NCBI GenBank assembly: GCA_038230375.1
Contig: JBBRNJ010000014.1
Coordinates: 1-64,000, forward strand
Origin: Polyangiales bacterium
Lineage (GTDB): Bacteria; Myxococcota_A; Polyangia; Polyangiales; Polyangiaceae
Length of the DNA stretch: 64,000 nucleotides
Direction: 5' to 3'
Below, one piece after another: positions 1 through 11,112 of the stretch; within the stretch, counting starts at the first letter, position 1, and each line of letters starts with the position of its first letter. Both the position numbers and the translations under genes were made by a program. The notes beneath the pieces were generated by a model, which was not told the DNA's origin, searched no databases, and was given only the letters and a program-made list of their open reading frames with translations.

Positions 1-12
1 CAGCAAGCAAAT

Positions 13-942
13 TCAGTGCGGAAGCCGCGCGCGCCATGCGCTCCAGTCGTCGTCGTCCCCGTCCACGAGCTTGGGATCGCGGATGACCTTGTCCCACTCC
101 TCTGCGCCCCAGATACGCGCGAGGATGCTCTCCACGCTCTTCTGGATGGCGGCGGAGTCTCCACGCCCAACGGCGTCGCACAGGCGATCCACGTCGGGCC
201 GGTCGGCTGCGTGAAGGTGCTTCTTGTAGCAGTTGTAGAGCCTGAAGTTGTTCATGCTCCACACGTCTGCCCAGTAGGAGCAATGCAGTGCAAGGGTCTG
301 CCTCTCCTGTGGCGACCACGACGTCTTGGTCGGTTGCTCGCCGGTCAACGCGTCCACGGCGCCGCGCGCGGCAAGGGAGGCAGGGGCTGACTTCTTGCGA
401 GAGGGTGGAGCGGCGGAGTCGCCGTCGATCAGCTTGACCGACTTGGGCAGGAGCGAGAGGAGCGACTCCTCGGACACGTCCGTGGGCAGGGGCTTCGAGA
501 ACGGGAGACCAAGGACCGTCTCCACGCCATGCGCCATGGTCCATGCACGCAGCTCGTCGGTGTCCGCCATATGCTTCAGCAGCGCTGTACGCTCCGCCTT
601 GCTGACGATCTCGAGGTGCTCCAGCTTCTCGAGCAGCTCCAGGTTCTGCGAGGTGACGTCGTCGTCGTCGTCGTCGTTGCCGGGCAGCGAGATCTCGCCG
701 ACCAGCGCGCCCGACGCGTACACGCGCACGGTGACGCCATGGTCGTCGTCGAACCAGACGTGGAGCAGCACGCCGTCCAGCACACGCGACGCGTCCGCCG
801 GATCGAACGCCGCGGACAGCACGGGCACGAAGCTGGTCCAGCGCTCGCTCTCGCCCAGGACTGCGACCTTGAGACCCAGCGCCGAGAGCACGGCAGCGCC
901 GTCGCCGCCGAGCAAGTGAACGGTGTGTCCTCGGTCGCCCAT
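13..942 (-). CDS. hypothetical protein (309 aa)
   Basis: 3' part of the 13..2019 ORF. It has its own ATG at 942 (MGDRGHTVHLL), a TAGACT box 11 nt upstream and typical codon usage. Confidence 0.7.
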   Translation of the reverse strand: MGDRGHTVHLLGGDGAAVLSALGLKVAVLGESERWTSFVPVLSAAFDPADASRVLDGVLLHVWFDDDHGVTVRVYASGALVGEISLPGNDDDDDDVTSQNLELLEKLEHLEIVSKAERTALLKHMADTDELRAWTMAHGVETVLGLPFSKPLPTDVSEESLLSLLPKSVKLIDGDSAAPPSRKKSAPASLAARGAVDALTGEQPTKTSWSPQERQTLALHCSYWADVWSMNNFRLYNCYKKHLHAADRPDVDRLCDAVGRGDSAAIQKSVESILARIWGAEEWDKVIRDPKLVDGDDDDWSAWRARLPH

Positions 943-965
943 GGCTGCGGCGCAGTCTACTCCGC

Positions 966-1875
966 TCAGGGCGAAGAGGAGCCCTTCAAATCGTTGTATT
1001 GTGCAACCACCTGCGCCGGCGTGATCGTGTGGCCCTGCACCGGCATGTAGAGCGTGAACGTGCAGCCCTTGGCCTGGAAGTCCTTCTGGTCCTGGACGGA
1101 CTGGGCGGTGCCGTTCGGGTCCGTCGTCCCCTGCACGTGGCTCACCGGGGATCTTCCATCCGACCATGCTGGGATCGGAGCCGCTGCTACGCGCGAAGGA
1201 CGTGTTCTGGCCACCCATCGCCAGGCCAGAGAACTGCGTCGAGGCGCCAATGCCGAGGAGGTAGCCATACGCGGCGCCCTCGGAGAAGCCCCACAGGATG
1301 TGCTTCTTCGGGCTCACGTTGTAGCAGGCGTCGATCTCCGTCACGAGGTCCTGCACCTTGTTGAGATCCGCCGTGGCCCAGTTGGCGCCGTTGGGGAAGT
1401 TGGTGGGGTCGGTGGAAGCGCGCGAGCCCTTCGGCGCGACGAGGACGAGCTGGTTCTGGTCGGCGATGGGTTGCCACAGGGCCGTGAGCTCGCCCGTGCC
1501 GTCGGAGTCCTGTCCGTGCATGATCACGACGACCGTGTGCGCGACGTTCTTGTCGTAGCTGCTGGGCGCATAGGTGTGGAACGCGAGCCCGCCCGCCTGC
1601 TGGGACGCGGTGAGTCCGGTCTTGTTCGCGGTGTACTTGCACGGCCCCGTGTTGCCCCCGCCGCCGTCCATCCCGCCGTTGCTCCCGCCATCGCTGTTCG
1701 CGATGCCGCCCTCGTCGCCGGTGTTGCCGCTTCCTCCTTCTGCCTGGGAGCCGCCGCCATCACCGTTGGTCGGATGGGAGCCGATGCCGTCACTCTGGGC
1801 GTTGTCGGACGAGCAAGCCCATAACGAGGCGTGGAGGAGAGCGGCGAGCGCAAGCAGGTGAGCGGAGCGGCGCAT
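966..1875 (-). pseudogene. secreted lipoprotein esterase (PHB depolymerase/phospholipase-like alpha/beta hydrolase), frameshifted at ~1147-1150
   Basis: Signal peptide with lipobox-like LWAC, Gly-rich linker, HG and GFSEG nucleophile motif in one frame. The C-terminus VSHVQGTTDP...GHTITP lies in another frame (ORF 966..1268). The shift maps to ATCCCCGGTG on the minus strand (one extra C). Confidence 0.75.
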
Positions 1876-1933
1876 CCACTCTTTATAGCAGTTTCCGGCC
1901 TGGAACTGGACGTGGCTGCCATGCGGGGGCAGG

Positions 1934-3526
1934 ATGCCCGAAACGGAGGGAGCCAACGTGAGACTAGGTATCGATTTCGGCACGACGCGCACCGTGGTCG
2001 CGTGCGCGGATCGCGGCAACTACCCGGTCACGAGCTTCTTCGACGACGCCGGCGACGCGCACGATTTCTTCCCTTCGGTCGTCGCCGAGCGGGGAGGGGA
2101 GCTCGCGTTCGGGTGGGACGCGCTCGCGAAATCGGGCGATCCATCGTGGACGCTGGTGCGGAGCATGAAGCGCTTGCTGGGCGCGAGCGAGACCGTCGCT
2201 GCGTCCGTGCGCATCGGCGGGACCACGCTGCCGATCGGCGACCTGTTGACCCGCTTCCTTCTCGCGCTCCGGACCGCGCTCGCGTCTGCGTCGAACCTCG
2301 GTGACGCGCTCGCGCGCGATGGTGAGGCCGCGCTTCGCTCCGTCTGCGCCGTCCCCGCGAACGCAACGGGCCTCGCGCGGTTCGTCACGCTGGATGCATT
2401 CCGTCGCGCAGGCTTCGCGCCGGTGGCCATGCTGAACGAGCCGTCGGCGGCGGGCTTCGAGTACACGCATCGTCATCGCGACACCTTCACGCAGAAGCGT
2501 GAGCACGTGGTGGTGTACGACCTGGGCGGAGGCACGTTTGACGCGTCGCTGGTCCGCATGGCGCAGAAGAGCCACGAGATCCTCGCGACGGCCGGCAAGA
2601 ACCAGCTCGGCGGCGACGACTTCGATGACGTCATGGTGGACATGGTGCTCACCGCAGCGAAGGTGCGTCGCGCGGACGTGGGCGCGCGCGCGCTCGAGGA
2701 GCTGCGCGTGCGATGTCGCGACGCGAAGGAAGCGCTGAACCCCAGCTCCCGCAAGCTGACCATCGACGTGACGGGTCTGCTGGATGCCCGCGAGAAGGAC
2801 GCAAGCGTCGTCGTGCCCGTGGCCGATTTCTACGAGGCCGCGAAGCCGCTGGTCCACGCGTCGATCGAGGCCATGCTCCCCGTGATGACGCGGCTCGAAG
2901 GCGCAACCGAAGACGACGTGGAGAAGGCGCTCGCAGAGGTGGCTGGCATCTACGTGGTCGGCGGCGCGAGCGAGCTCCCGATCGTGGCGCGTGCGCTGCG
3001 CGAGCGCTTCGGTCGCCGCGTGCACAGGTCGCCGTACCCCTCTGCGGCGATCGCGATCGGCCTCGGCATCGCCTGCGACGAGGCCGCAGGCTTCGAGCTC
3101 TCCGATCGCTTCTCGCGCACGTTCGGCGTCTTCCGCGAGGCCCGTGGTGGCGACGAGATCACGTTCGACCCCATCTTCACGCACGCAACGATGCTGCCAG
3201 GTCGCGCGGGAGAGCCGCTCCGCTTTCGCCGCACCTACCGCGCCGCGCACAACGTCGGTCACTTCCGCTTCGTGGAGTGCAGCGAGATCGGTGACGATGG
3301 CCGCCCGCGCGGCGACATGATGCTGTCGGGGGACGTGTACTTCCCGTTCGACGCCGGCCTTCGCGGCAAGACCGAGACCCTCGCCGACGTATCGGTCCGC
3401 CGCCTGGGCGAGCAAGGCCCGCGCATCGAAGAAGAGTACGCCCTGGACGAACACGGCCTCGTGGCCGTGACGATCCGCGACCTCGAGTCCGGCTTCACGA
3501 GAGAACACCGCCTCGGAACGGCGTGA
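1934..3526 (+). CDS. Hsp70/DnaK-family ATPase (atypical, short C-terminus)
   Basis: GIDFGTT, LNEPSAA, DLGGGTFD, LGGDDFD and VGGAS motifs; 530 aa. Confidence 0.9.
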   Translation: MPETEGANVRLGIDFGTTRTVVACADRGNYPVTSFFDDAGDAHDFFPSVVAERGGELAFGWDALAKSGDPSWTLVRSMKRLLGASETVAASVRIGGTTLPIGDLLTRFLLALRTALASASNLGDALARDGEAALRSVCAVPANATGLARFVTLDAFRRAGFAPVAMLNEPSAAGFEYTHRHRDTFTQKREHVVVYDLGGGTFDASLVRMAQKSHEILATAGKNQLGGDDFDDVMVDMVLTAAKVRRADVGARALEELRVRCRDAKEALNPSSRKLTIDVTGLLDAREKDASVVVPVADFYEAAKPLVHASIEAMLPVMTRLEGATEDDVEKALAEVAGIYVVGGASELPIVARALRERFGRRVHRSPYPSAAIAIGLGIACDEAAGFELSDRFSRTFGVFREARGGDEITFDPIFTHATMLPGRAGEPLRFRRTYRAAHNVGHFRFVECSEIGDDGRPRGDMMLSGDVYFPFDAGLRGKTETLADVSVRRLGEQGPRIEEEYALDEHGLVAVTIRDLESGFTREHRLGTA

Positions 3527-3678
3527 GACTCTGGCCCCCAACGGTGGTGTCGCGATCCTGAGTCGCGCGTCACCCTGCGTGGGGCTTCGTTGCTCCATGC
3601 AGTGTGCATGAATGTGCGGGAATTCGTTGGTGTGTGATCGTGTGGGGCCATGGAACAGTCCGTGATGATGGGATCGCC

Positions 3679-4374
3679 ATGACGCTGCGCTCACGATCCC
3701 CTGGTTTTTCCTGCGCCATTCTCGCTGGAATTTTCTCGCTTGCCGGTTGCGGTGGCGCGGACGAGGGTACGAACGACGGGACGACGTCGGAAGATCTCTC
3801 CGTGCAGCACATCTCGCGCATCACGACGATCTCGTACGCGCCCAACTCCTACGTGATCGGCAACGCGTATCCAGGGTGGACTGACGACGTGCAGGGCAAC
3901 GCGCAGTTCTCCAAGGGCCCGGGCAACCCGAACGGCGTCTCGTACCGCTGGGGCTACCTGTTCGGCGAGAACTTCGATCACTGCGCGTGGGTCGGCGACT
4001 CCGAGGTTGGCGGAGGCAAGACGCAGAGCGGCGCACGCTGCGGCGCGCCTCAGGAGATCGACACGCCGCACTTCATGCGGACGTACACGAACGGCGAGCA
4101 CAACCTGAACCCGGGTGACGGCTCCGACACGCACATGCACTATGCCGGCTCTGGCTGCACGGACAAGAACGGCTACGGCAACGTGTCCCCATGGCGCGTC
4201 CCCGCAACGCCCGCGAACAAGGTCGGGCAGGTGGCGGATGGCAAGCTGCTCAAGTGGCGCTACGCCACGCGCGACGGTCACTGGGTCCTCGTCCGCGACC
4301 CGTCTCCGCCCGCGCATGAGCCCAACTGGTACTTCGTCCACCGCGGCTGCGTGAGCCTCGCGAACACGCACTGA
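3679..4374 (+). CDS. secreted lipoprotein, hypothetical
   Basis: Hydrophobic N-terminus with LAGC lipobox; Cys/Trp-rich mature domain. Confidence 0.75.
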   Translation: MTLRSRSPGFSCAILAGIFSLAGCGGADEGTNDGTTSEDLSVQHISRITTISYAPNSYVIGNAYPGWTDDVQGNAQFSKGPGNPNGVSYRWGYLFGENFDHCAWVGDSEVGGGKTQSGARCGAPQEIDTPHFMRTYTNGEHNLNPGDGSDTHMHYAGSGCTDKNGYGNVSPWRVPATPANKVGQVADGKLLKWRYATRDGHWVLVRDPSPPAHEPNWYFVHRGCVSLANTH

Positions 4375-4419
4375 CAACGCGAAAACGTAGCCTGCCAGGA
4401 CGCCTCTCGCTCCTCATAC

Positions 4420-4450
4420 TTGACAACATGCACCCAGGGCTGGTTATGGT
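4420..4450 (+). promoter_or_regulatory. putative sigma70 promoter of tRNA-Phe
   Basis: TTGACA at 4420-4425 and TATGGT at 4445-4450; the 19-nt spacer is longer than ideal. Confidence 0.4.
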
Positions 4451-4485
4451 GCGCGCGCTCGACGGAAGCGACGTCGTAGCACCAA

Positions 4486-4561
4486 GCCCAGGTAGCTCAG
4501 TTGGTAGAGCAGGGGATTGAAAATCCCCGTGTCGGCGGTTCGATTCCGTCCCTGGGCACCA
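4486..4561 (+). tRNA. tRNA-Phe(GAA)
   Basis: GCCCAGG/CCTGGGC acceptor stem, D arm AGCTCAGTTGGTAGAGC, anticodon loop TTGAAAA, GGTTCGATTCC T arm, encoded CCA. Confidence 0.97.
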
Positions 4562-4636
4562 AACGGCATCGCCTGGAGCTGAAGCGCCGCAAATCCTCGC
4601 CAGATGGTGCGGGTCCGTGGCAACCTGAGGCCCTCC

Positions 4637-6784
4637 ATGTTGCGCTCGGATCCCCTCGGCCTCGTAGGCACCACCATCGCGGAAAAGTACGCGATGGAGG
4701 CGGTCGTTGGCGAGGGTGGGTTCGCGGTGGTCTACCGCGCGACGCACGTCCTCTGGAAGCGACCCGTGGCGGTGAAGGTCTTCAAGGCGCTGGGCGACGT
4801 GCCCGCCGCGGACCGCGCTCGGTTGCTCGAGGAGTTCATTCGCGAGGGCGCGCTGCTCGCGGAGCTCTCGGAGCGCTCCGCCGCGATCGTTCAAGCGCGC
4901 GACATCGGCACGGTGAACATCGGCGGCAAGGAGAGCATCCCGTACATGGTGCTCGAGTGGCTCGAGGGCGACACCCTCGAGGCCGTCCTCGAGAAGGAGC
5001 GCGCGGAGGGCGCGCCACACCGCACCCTCGAAGAGGCGGTGAGGTTGCTCGAGCCCGTCGCGCACGCGCTCTCGCTCGCACACTCGAAGGGCATTGCACA
5101 CCGCGACGTGAAGCCCGCCAACGTCTTCGTGCTGGGTCATCCGCGCGCGAACGAGACCTCCGTCAAGCTGCTCGACTTCGGCATCGCGAAGGTGGTCTCC
5201 GACGTGCAAAAGGCGGCCGGCGCGTTCAGCAAGACCGCGGGCAACGCGACTAGCTTCACGCCCCTCTACGGCTCGCCTGAGCAGTTCAATCGTCAGGTGG
5301 GCGCCACCGGGCCGTGGACGGACGTCTTCGCGCTCGCGCTCCTCACGAACGATCTCATCACCGGCCGCGAAGGGCTGGAGGGCGACGACATCGTCCAGCT
5401 CGCGTTCTCTTCCGGCAACCCGCAGCGCCGCCCCACGCCGCGCACGTACGGCGCCACAGTCACGGACGCCGTGGAGCAGGTATTCGCGAAGGCTGTCGCC
5501 GTCGCGCCGGTGGAGCGCTACCAGACGGCGGGTGAGTTCTGGAACGCGCTCCGCTCTGCCATCGGGATGAGCGCGATGCCCGGCCGCATGTCGTCGCTCC
5601 CCGGCATGCCGGCCTCCGACACGATCAGGGACTCCTCGTTCGGCGTTGCGATGACACACCCCGAACCCCACGCAAACGCGATCACCGGCGGACCACAGAT
5701 GGTCGGCCCGGCCACCGCGAGCACCGCGCTCGAGCCCGTGAACAAGAACTGGGGCCCGGCCCTCATCATTGGTGGCATCACGGTCCTGCTCGCGCTCGCG
5801 GGCGGACTCGCCGCGTGGCACTTCCTCGGCGACAGCACTCCTTCGGAGGCCCCGACAGGCGCCGGCATGGCATCCGCGTCATCCGCGCCGCCGCCGTCGT
5901 CGTCAGCACATCCCGTCGCGGTCGCCAGCCACGGCGACGCCGGCTCGTGCGCGGCTGGCATGGTGCGGATTCCCGGCGGCGACTTCTTCATGGGCTCGGA
6001 CGACAAGACCGCGCTCGACAACGAGCGTCCGCCGCACCCCGTCCACCTGGAGCCCTATTGCCTCGACGCGACCGAGACCACGGTCGACGCCTACGTCGCC
6101 TGCAGCGACCGCGGCAAATGCCTGCGCGCGGCGAAGGAAAATGACTGGCCGAAGATCACGCCGGAGGAGAGCAAGTACCTCGACCCCCTCTGCAATTCGA
6201 ACAAGCAGAAGGAAAACCACGACCACCCCATCAACTGCGTGTCGTGGGATCAGGCCAAGGCCTTCTGCGAGGTCTCCGGTGGTCGCCTCCCCACCGAGGC
6301 GGAATGGGAGTTCGCTGCGCGCGGGAGTGACGGTCGCGTCTATCCGTGGGGCGACGAAGCACCGAGCGCAACGATGCTCAACGCGTGCGGCAAGGAGTGT
6401 GGCGCATGGCAGCTCGCCTCCAAGATCCCGGTCGGCATGATGTACCCGAACGAGGACGACGGCTTCCCCGCCACGGCGCCCGTGAAGCAGTTTCCGAAGG
6501 GGCAGACCAAGTTCGGGAACTTCGACATGGCCGGCAACGTGTGGGAGTGGACCGCCGACTACTACGCGCCCTACGCGAAGGAGAGCGCGAGCAAACCGCG
6601 CGTGATGAATCCACCCGGACCCAGCGAGGCGGAGCTCGAGCGTGGCAAGCCGAAGACACGCGTCATCCGCGGCGGTGCGTTCAACGGCTCCGTCGCATCC
6701 TGGGTCAGGCCCACGTTCCGGTACTCCGATCTGCCCGAGAAGAAGAGCTACGGAATCGGTTTCCGGTGCGCGCGCTCGCTCTGA
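4637..6784 (+). CDS. Ser/Thr protein kinase - TM - FGE-sulfatase (SUMF1-like) domain protein
   Basis: GEGGFAVVY, VAVK, HRDVKPAN, DFGIAK; one TM helix; RLPTEAEWEFAARG, DMAGNVWEW, IGFRCAR. Confidence 0.92.
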   Translation: MLRSDPLGLVGTTIAEKYAMEAVVGEGGFAVVYRATHVLWKRPVAVKVFKALGDVPAADRARLLEEFIREGALLAELSERSAAIVQARDIGTVNIGGKESIPYMVLEWLEGDTLEAVLEKERAEGAPHRTLEEAVRLLEPVAHALSLAHSKGIAHRDVKPANVFVLGHPRANETSVKLLDFGIAKVVSDVQKAAGAFSKTAGNATSFTPLYGSPEQFNRQVGATGPWTDVFALALLTNDLITGREGLEGDDIVQLAFSSGNPQRRPTPRTYGATVTDAVEQVFAKAVAVAPVERYQTAGEFWNALRSAIGMSAMPGRMSSLPGMPASDTIRDSSFGVAMTHPEPHANAITGGPQMVGPATASTALEPVNKNWGPALIIGGITVLLALAGGLAAWHFLGDSTPSEAPTGAGMASASSAPPPSSSAHPVAVASHGDAGSCAAGMVRIPGGDFFMGSDDKTALDNERPPHPVHLEPYCLDATETTVDAYVACSDRGKCLRAAKENDWPKITPEESKYLDPLCNSNKQKENHDHPINCVSWDQAKAFCEVSGGRLPTEAEWEFAARGSDGRVYPWGDEAPSATMLNACGKECGAWQLASKIPVGMMYPNEDDGFPATAPVKQFPKGQTKFGNFDMAGNVWEWTADYYAPYAKESASKPRVMNPPGPSEAELERGKPKTRVIRGGAFNGSVASWVRPTFRYSDLPEKKSYGIGFRCARSL

Positions 6785-6801
6785 AGTAGACTGACCTACT
6801 C

Positions 6802-8922
6802 ATGCACGAAGACACGCTTGGACTCATCTCCACGACGATCGCGGAGAAGTACCGCATCGAGGAGTGCGTGGGCCTTGGCGGATACGCTGTGGTCTACAAG
6901 GCCATGCATCTCACCTGGAAGCGGCCTGTTGCCGTGAAGGTCTTCAGCATCGCCACGCAGCTGCCCCCTGGCGCGCGCGATGCGCTCGTCGCCGAGCTCG
7001 TGAAGGAGGCGTCGCTGCTGGCCGAGCTATCGGAGCGCGACGCCACCATCTGTCAGGCGCGCGATGTGGGCACGATCACCACGCAGGACGGTCGCTTCTT
7101 CCCGTACCTGGTCCTGGAATGGCTCGATGGCCTGCCGCTGGACAGCGTCCTCCGCCAAGAGCGTGAGAGCAGGTTGCCGGCGCGGCCCTTCGAGGCCGTG
7201 GTCGATCTGCTGGCGCCCGTCGCGCACGCATTGATGCTCGCGCACCGTCGCGGAATCGCGCATCGCGACATCAAGCCAGCCAACATCTTCATCGTCGGCG
7301 ATCCGCGCGGCGAGTTCTCCGTGAAGCTCCTGGACTTTGGCATCGCGAAGGTCGTGCGCGACGTCGGGAACAGCAAGGACTTCTCGCAGACACAGGGCAA
7401 TCGCGGCGGCTACACGCCCACCTATGCAGCGCCAGAGCAGTTCTCGCGCACGTTCGGCGCGACCGGCCCCTGGACGGACGTCTATGCGCTCGGCCTGGTC
7501 ATGACGGAGCTGTCCTCGAACACGGCCCCGCTCGAGGGCGACAGCGTGAGCCAGCTCGCCTACGCCTCCATTGACAAGACACGCAGGCCCACGCCGCGAA
7601 GCAGAGGCGTCTCGATCTCCGATGCCGTGGAGACCGTGATGCTGCGCGCGCTCGCTGTGGATCCGAAGGAGCGCTACCAGGACGTCGCAGAGCTGTGGGA
7701 TGCGCTCTACGTGGCGCTCGGTCGCAAGGAAAAGCTGTCGGGCACCGTGCCGCTTCCGCCACCGGAGTTCGCGCCGACATTTACGGGCGGGCAGCCATCC
7801 GTGCGAGGGACTGCACCGATGCCGCCACCGTCCGTGCCATCGGGCCGTCCCATGCCGCCGTCGTCGCATCCGATGTCGGCGTCCTCCGGGGCCGGTCTCC
7901 CCGGCACTGGAATGCAGACGCTCCCTCCGCGCCGGACCGCCAGCGTCGTGTGGATGGGCGTCGCGCTCTTCGTCGTGGGGGCCGTGGGCGCCGCCGCGTT
8001 CTTCGTGATTCGCGCGCGCACGGAGAAGGGCACCGGGCTCGTCCAGAACGGCACCGTGAACGACGCTGGCGCAGTCGACGCCGCGAGCGCCGCGAGCACG
8101 GAGCTGACATGCCCCGCGGACATGGTGAAGGTCCCCGCCGGCAAGTTCTTCATGGGCACGGACGACAAGGAGGCCCTCTCGCCCGAGAAGCCCGCGCATC
8201 AGGTGACGTTGGGTGCATACTGCATCGATCGCACGGAGGTCACGGTCGCGGCCTACAAGGCCTGCAGCGACGTCGGCGCGTGCCGTCCCATCCAGCCCTC
8301 CAACGACTGGGACGGCCTTGGAGAGCGCGAGCGAAAGATCTTCGACCCGCTCTGCAACATCCGGGACGTGGACAAGGCAACCCACCCGATGAACTGCATC
8401 GACTGGAAGAACGCGCGCGCGTTCTGCAAGACGATGAAGAAGCGCCTCCCCACCGAGGCGGAGTGGGAGCACGCTGCGCGCGGCTCCGACGGACGTCGCT
8501 ATCCATGGGGCGACGAGCTCCCGAGCAAGGAGCGCCTGAACGCCTGCGGCACCGAGTGCGAGCGCTGGGGCAAGGCCGTGGGCCTGGGCCTCCGCGCGAT
8601 GTACGACGGGGACGACGGTTTTCCGAACACCGCGCCCGTCGGCACGTTCCCCCTCGGGCGTACCGTCTATGGCGCCGACGACATGACCGGCAACGTCTGG
8701 GAGTGGGTGCAGGACGTGTATGGGCAGTACGGCTCCGCGCCAGAGGTGGAGCCGCGCGGGCCCGGAAAGGGCGACGACCGCGTCATCCGTGGCGGCGCCT
8801 GGAACGGCTCGGACCCCGGGTTCGTGCGCCCCACGTTCCGGAACCACGATGCGCCGCAGAAGCGCGCCTACAACATCGGGTTCCGCTGCGCGATGCGCGG
8901 CGCGACTGACGACGGGGGCTGA
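6802..8922 (+). CDS. Ser/Thr protein kinase - TM - FGE-sulfatase domain protein (tandem paralog)
   Basis: HRDIKPAN, DFGIAK, YAAPEQF; TM helix; RLPTEAEWEHAARG, GNVWEW, IGFRCA. Confidence 0.92.
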   Translation: MHEDTLGLISTTIAEKYRIEECVGLGGYAVVYKAMHLTWKRPVAVKVFSIATQLPPGARDALVAELVKEASLLAELSERDATICQARDVGTITTQDGRFFPYLVLEWLDGLPLDSVLRQERESRLPARPFEAVVDLLAPVAHALMLAHRRGIAHRDIKPANIFIVGDPRGEFSVKLLDFGIAKVVRDVGNSKDFSQTQGNRGGYTPTYAAPEQFSRTFGATGPWTDVYALGLVMTELSSNTAPLEGDSVSQLAYASIDKTRRPTPRSRGVSISDAVETVMLRALAVDPKERYQDVAELWDALYVALGRKEKLSGTVPLPPPEFAPTFTGGQPSVRGTAPMPPPSVPSGRPMPPSSHPMSASSGAGLPGTGMQTLPPRRTASVVWMGVALFVVGAVGAAAFFVIRARTEKGTGLVQNGTVNDAGAVDAASAASTELTCPADMVKVPAGKFFMGTDDKEALSPEKPAHQVTLGAYCIDRTEVTVAAYKACSDVGACRPIQPSNDWDGLGERERKIFDPLCNIRDVDKATHPMNCIDWKNARAFCKTMKKRLPTEAEWEHAARGSDGRRYPWGDELPSKERLNACGTECERWGKAVGLGLRAMYDGDDGFPNTAPVGTFPLGRTVYGADDMTGNVWEWVQDVYGQYGSAPEVEPRGPGKGDDRVIRGGAWNGSDPGFVRPTFRNHDAPQKRAYNIGFRCAMRGATDDGG

Positions 8923-10362
<1,440 letters not shown>

Positions 10363-10383
10363 CGGCGCGCACCTGGAATCCTC

Positions 10384-11112
10384 GTGCGAAGGCGTCATCA
10401 ACGGACCGCGCACGGCGCGAACAGGGCGAGCAAGTCGAGCAACGCGACCAGGCTCGGCGTGATCATCGCCGTCGCGGTGGTGGCTGTCTCGGGCGCGCTC
10501 TTCGGTGCGCTCTCGGCGTGCGGCAAGCCCAGCGCGCAGACGACACCGCCAGGCACCGCGGGCCTCTTCTCGGACCCCGATGACTCCGCGCACCCTCGCG
10601 AGTCGCAGAAGCCAGAGAAGAAATACGAGCTCGACGCACGCGGCAAGGAGCTCCTTGCGCGCGTCAGGGAAGGCGACGACGTCGACGTGTCGCGCTTCGC
10701 CACGTACGTCGGCGCCGCCGGCCTCATCGAGCTGTCCCGTGCCGATGACACACGTGCGATGTCACTCGCTGCCATGGAGTTCACGCCCGGGTTCTCCTGC
10801 GCTGCGCTCCTCGCGGAGACCGCCAAGCAGGGCAGGGATGATGACGCTCGCATCGCGCTGCGTTCGCTGCACCGCATCGCCGCGCGTCGCCGCAAGGCGC
10901 TCGATCTGGAAGACCGGGCGGAGCTCGGATACGCGTGCGACACGCTCCTCGAGCTCGCGCAAGACGACAAGAAGAAGGAGCGGGCAGACCAGGCGACGTC
11001 GGTGCTACGCATGCTCGACGCGTACGGATGTGCCGCACCAGAGGCTGGCGCATCGTCCACGGCAAAAGGCACGCGCGCGGAAGAAGACGCAGGGGAGGGG
11101 AAGCACCCATGA
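10384..11112 (+). CDS. hypothetical lipoprotein/membrane protein
   Basis: Hydrophobic segment ending LSAC; stop overlaps the next start (ATGA); start uncertain. Confidence 0.6.
   Translation: MRRRHQRTAHGANRASKSSNATRLGVIIAVAVVAVSGALFGALSACGKPSAQTTPPGTAGLFSDPDDSAHPRESQKPEKKYELDARGKELLARVREGDDVDVSRFATYVGAAGLIELSRADDTRAMSLAAMEFTPGFSCAALLAETAKQGRDDDARIALRSLHRIAARRRKALDLEDRAELGYACDTLLELAQDDKKKERADQATSVLRMLDAYGCAAPEAGASSTAKGTRAEEDAGEGKHP

Noticed and set aside
13..2019. Single 668-aa protein
   Set aside because: It is a chimera of a frameshifted esterase and a separate downstream gene, and its N-terminus overlaps the divergent Hsp70 gene.
4486..4561. tRNA-anchored genomic island (also at tRNA-Leu 47816-47897)
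   Set aside because: No integrase, no duplicated tRNA 3' end seen, and no compositional shift in the flanks.
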